Assembly (NCBI RefSeq): GCF_964355755.1
Contig: NC_092676.1
Location: 20,850,871 to 20,914,870, forward strand
Direction of reading: 5' to 3'
DNA from: Antedon mediterranea
Taxonomy: Eukaryota > Animalia > Echinodermata
Length of the DNA stretch: 64,000 nucleotides
A program made the translations under genes and the position numbers. Positions 63,618 to 64,000 of this stretch are shown here, piece by piece (position 1 is the stretch's first letter; the number at the start of each line of letters is the position of its first letter). The notes under the pieces were generated by a model that saw nothing but the letters and a program-made list of their open reading frames with translations, made no database searches and was not told where the DNA came from.

Positions 63618-64000
63618 ATCGTGTTTTCACATTTGCAATTGTGCATTTTTTAATCCTAGTTGTGTTAGTACATTAGTTATGAAGGATTTATGTGTTGTAT
63701 AGTTAAATAAATTTTAAAAGAAATCACCTCTTGTCTAAAAATGTTTTTTTTTTGTGTTAATATTCACATTACACACATATTACAAGAAGAATGTCATTAT
63801 TTTAGTATTTCTTTATTTAAACATTGCTAAACAATGAACATAGATAGAGAATTTGTTTTTTTTCTTTCTTGGGGTTTCATTTGTTGACAAAAACATTAAA
63901 CTACTTGTTTTATTTAAAGAAAACATTGCCAAACGCGGAAGTTTCAAATTGATGTAGTGATCATGTGATTTATATTTTTTCACCTAATTTCTTTCAAACT

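Noticed and set aside
62905-63702. 265-aa and 185-aa His/Ser-rich ORFs
   Set aside because: By-products of the 23-27 bp minisatellite; unit lengths are not multiples of 3.

Overview
AT-rich, intron-containing animal genomic DNA. By inference it is an invertebrate deuterostome such as an echinoderm; the sequence alone does not prove this. Bases ~4.6-48.4 kb hold a tandem array of four minus-strand, five-exon GT29 alpha-2,8-sialyltransferase-like (ST8Sia family) genes. All exons were reconstructed by hand with consistent phase-2 introns. Copy 3 looks disabled and chimeric, copy 2 has three interchangeable 48-nt stem micro-exons, and copy 4 has a triplicated 5' exon block. Divergently oriented on the plus strand is a complete SYCP3 gene (8 coding exons, 234 aa, 50616-62631). 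The rest is dense with decayed LINEs, Helitron/Helentron-type elements, MITEs (one triple-nested stack) and minisatellites. The most unusual signals are: (i) recurrent TA -> TAGGCCTA / TAGGCCCTA micro-insertions, shown by paralog comparison and piled up at the SYCP3 promoter; (ii) a tandem pair of minimal hammerhead-ribozyme motifs in the sense strand of a sialyltransferase intron; (iii) shared non-canonical sialylmotif residues with a gene-converted sialylmotif-L core. No CRISPR array, rRNA or intact tRNA gene was seen.
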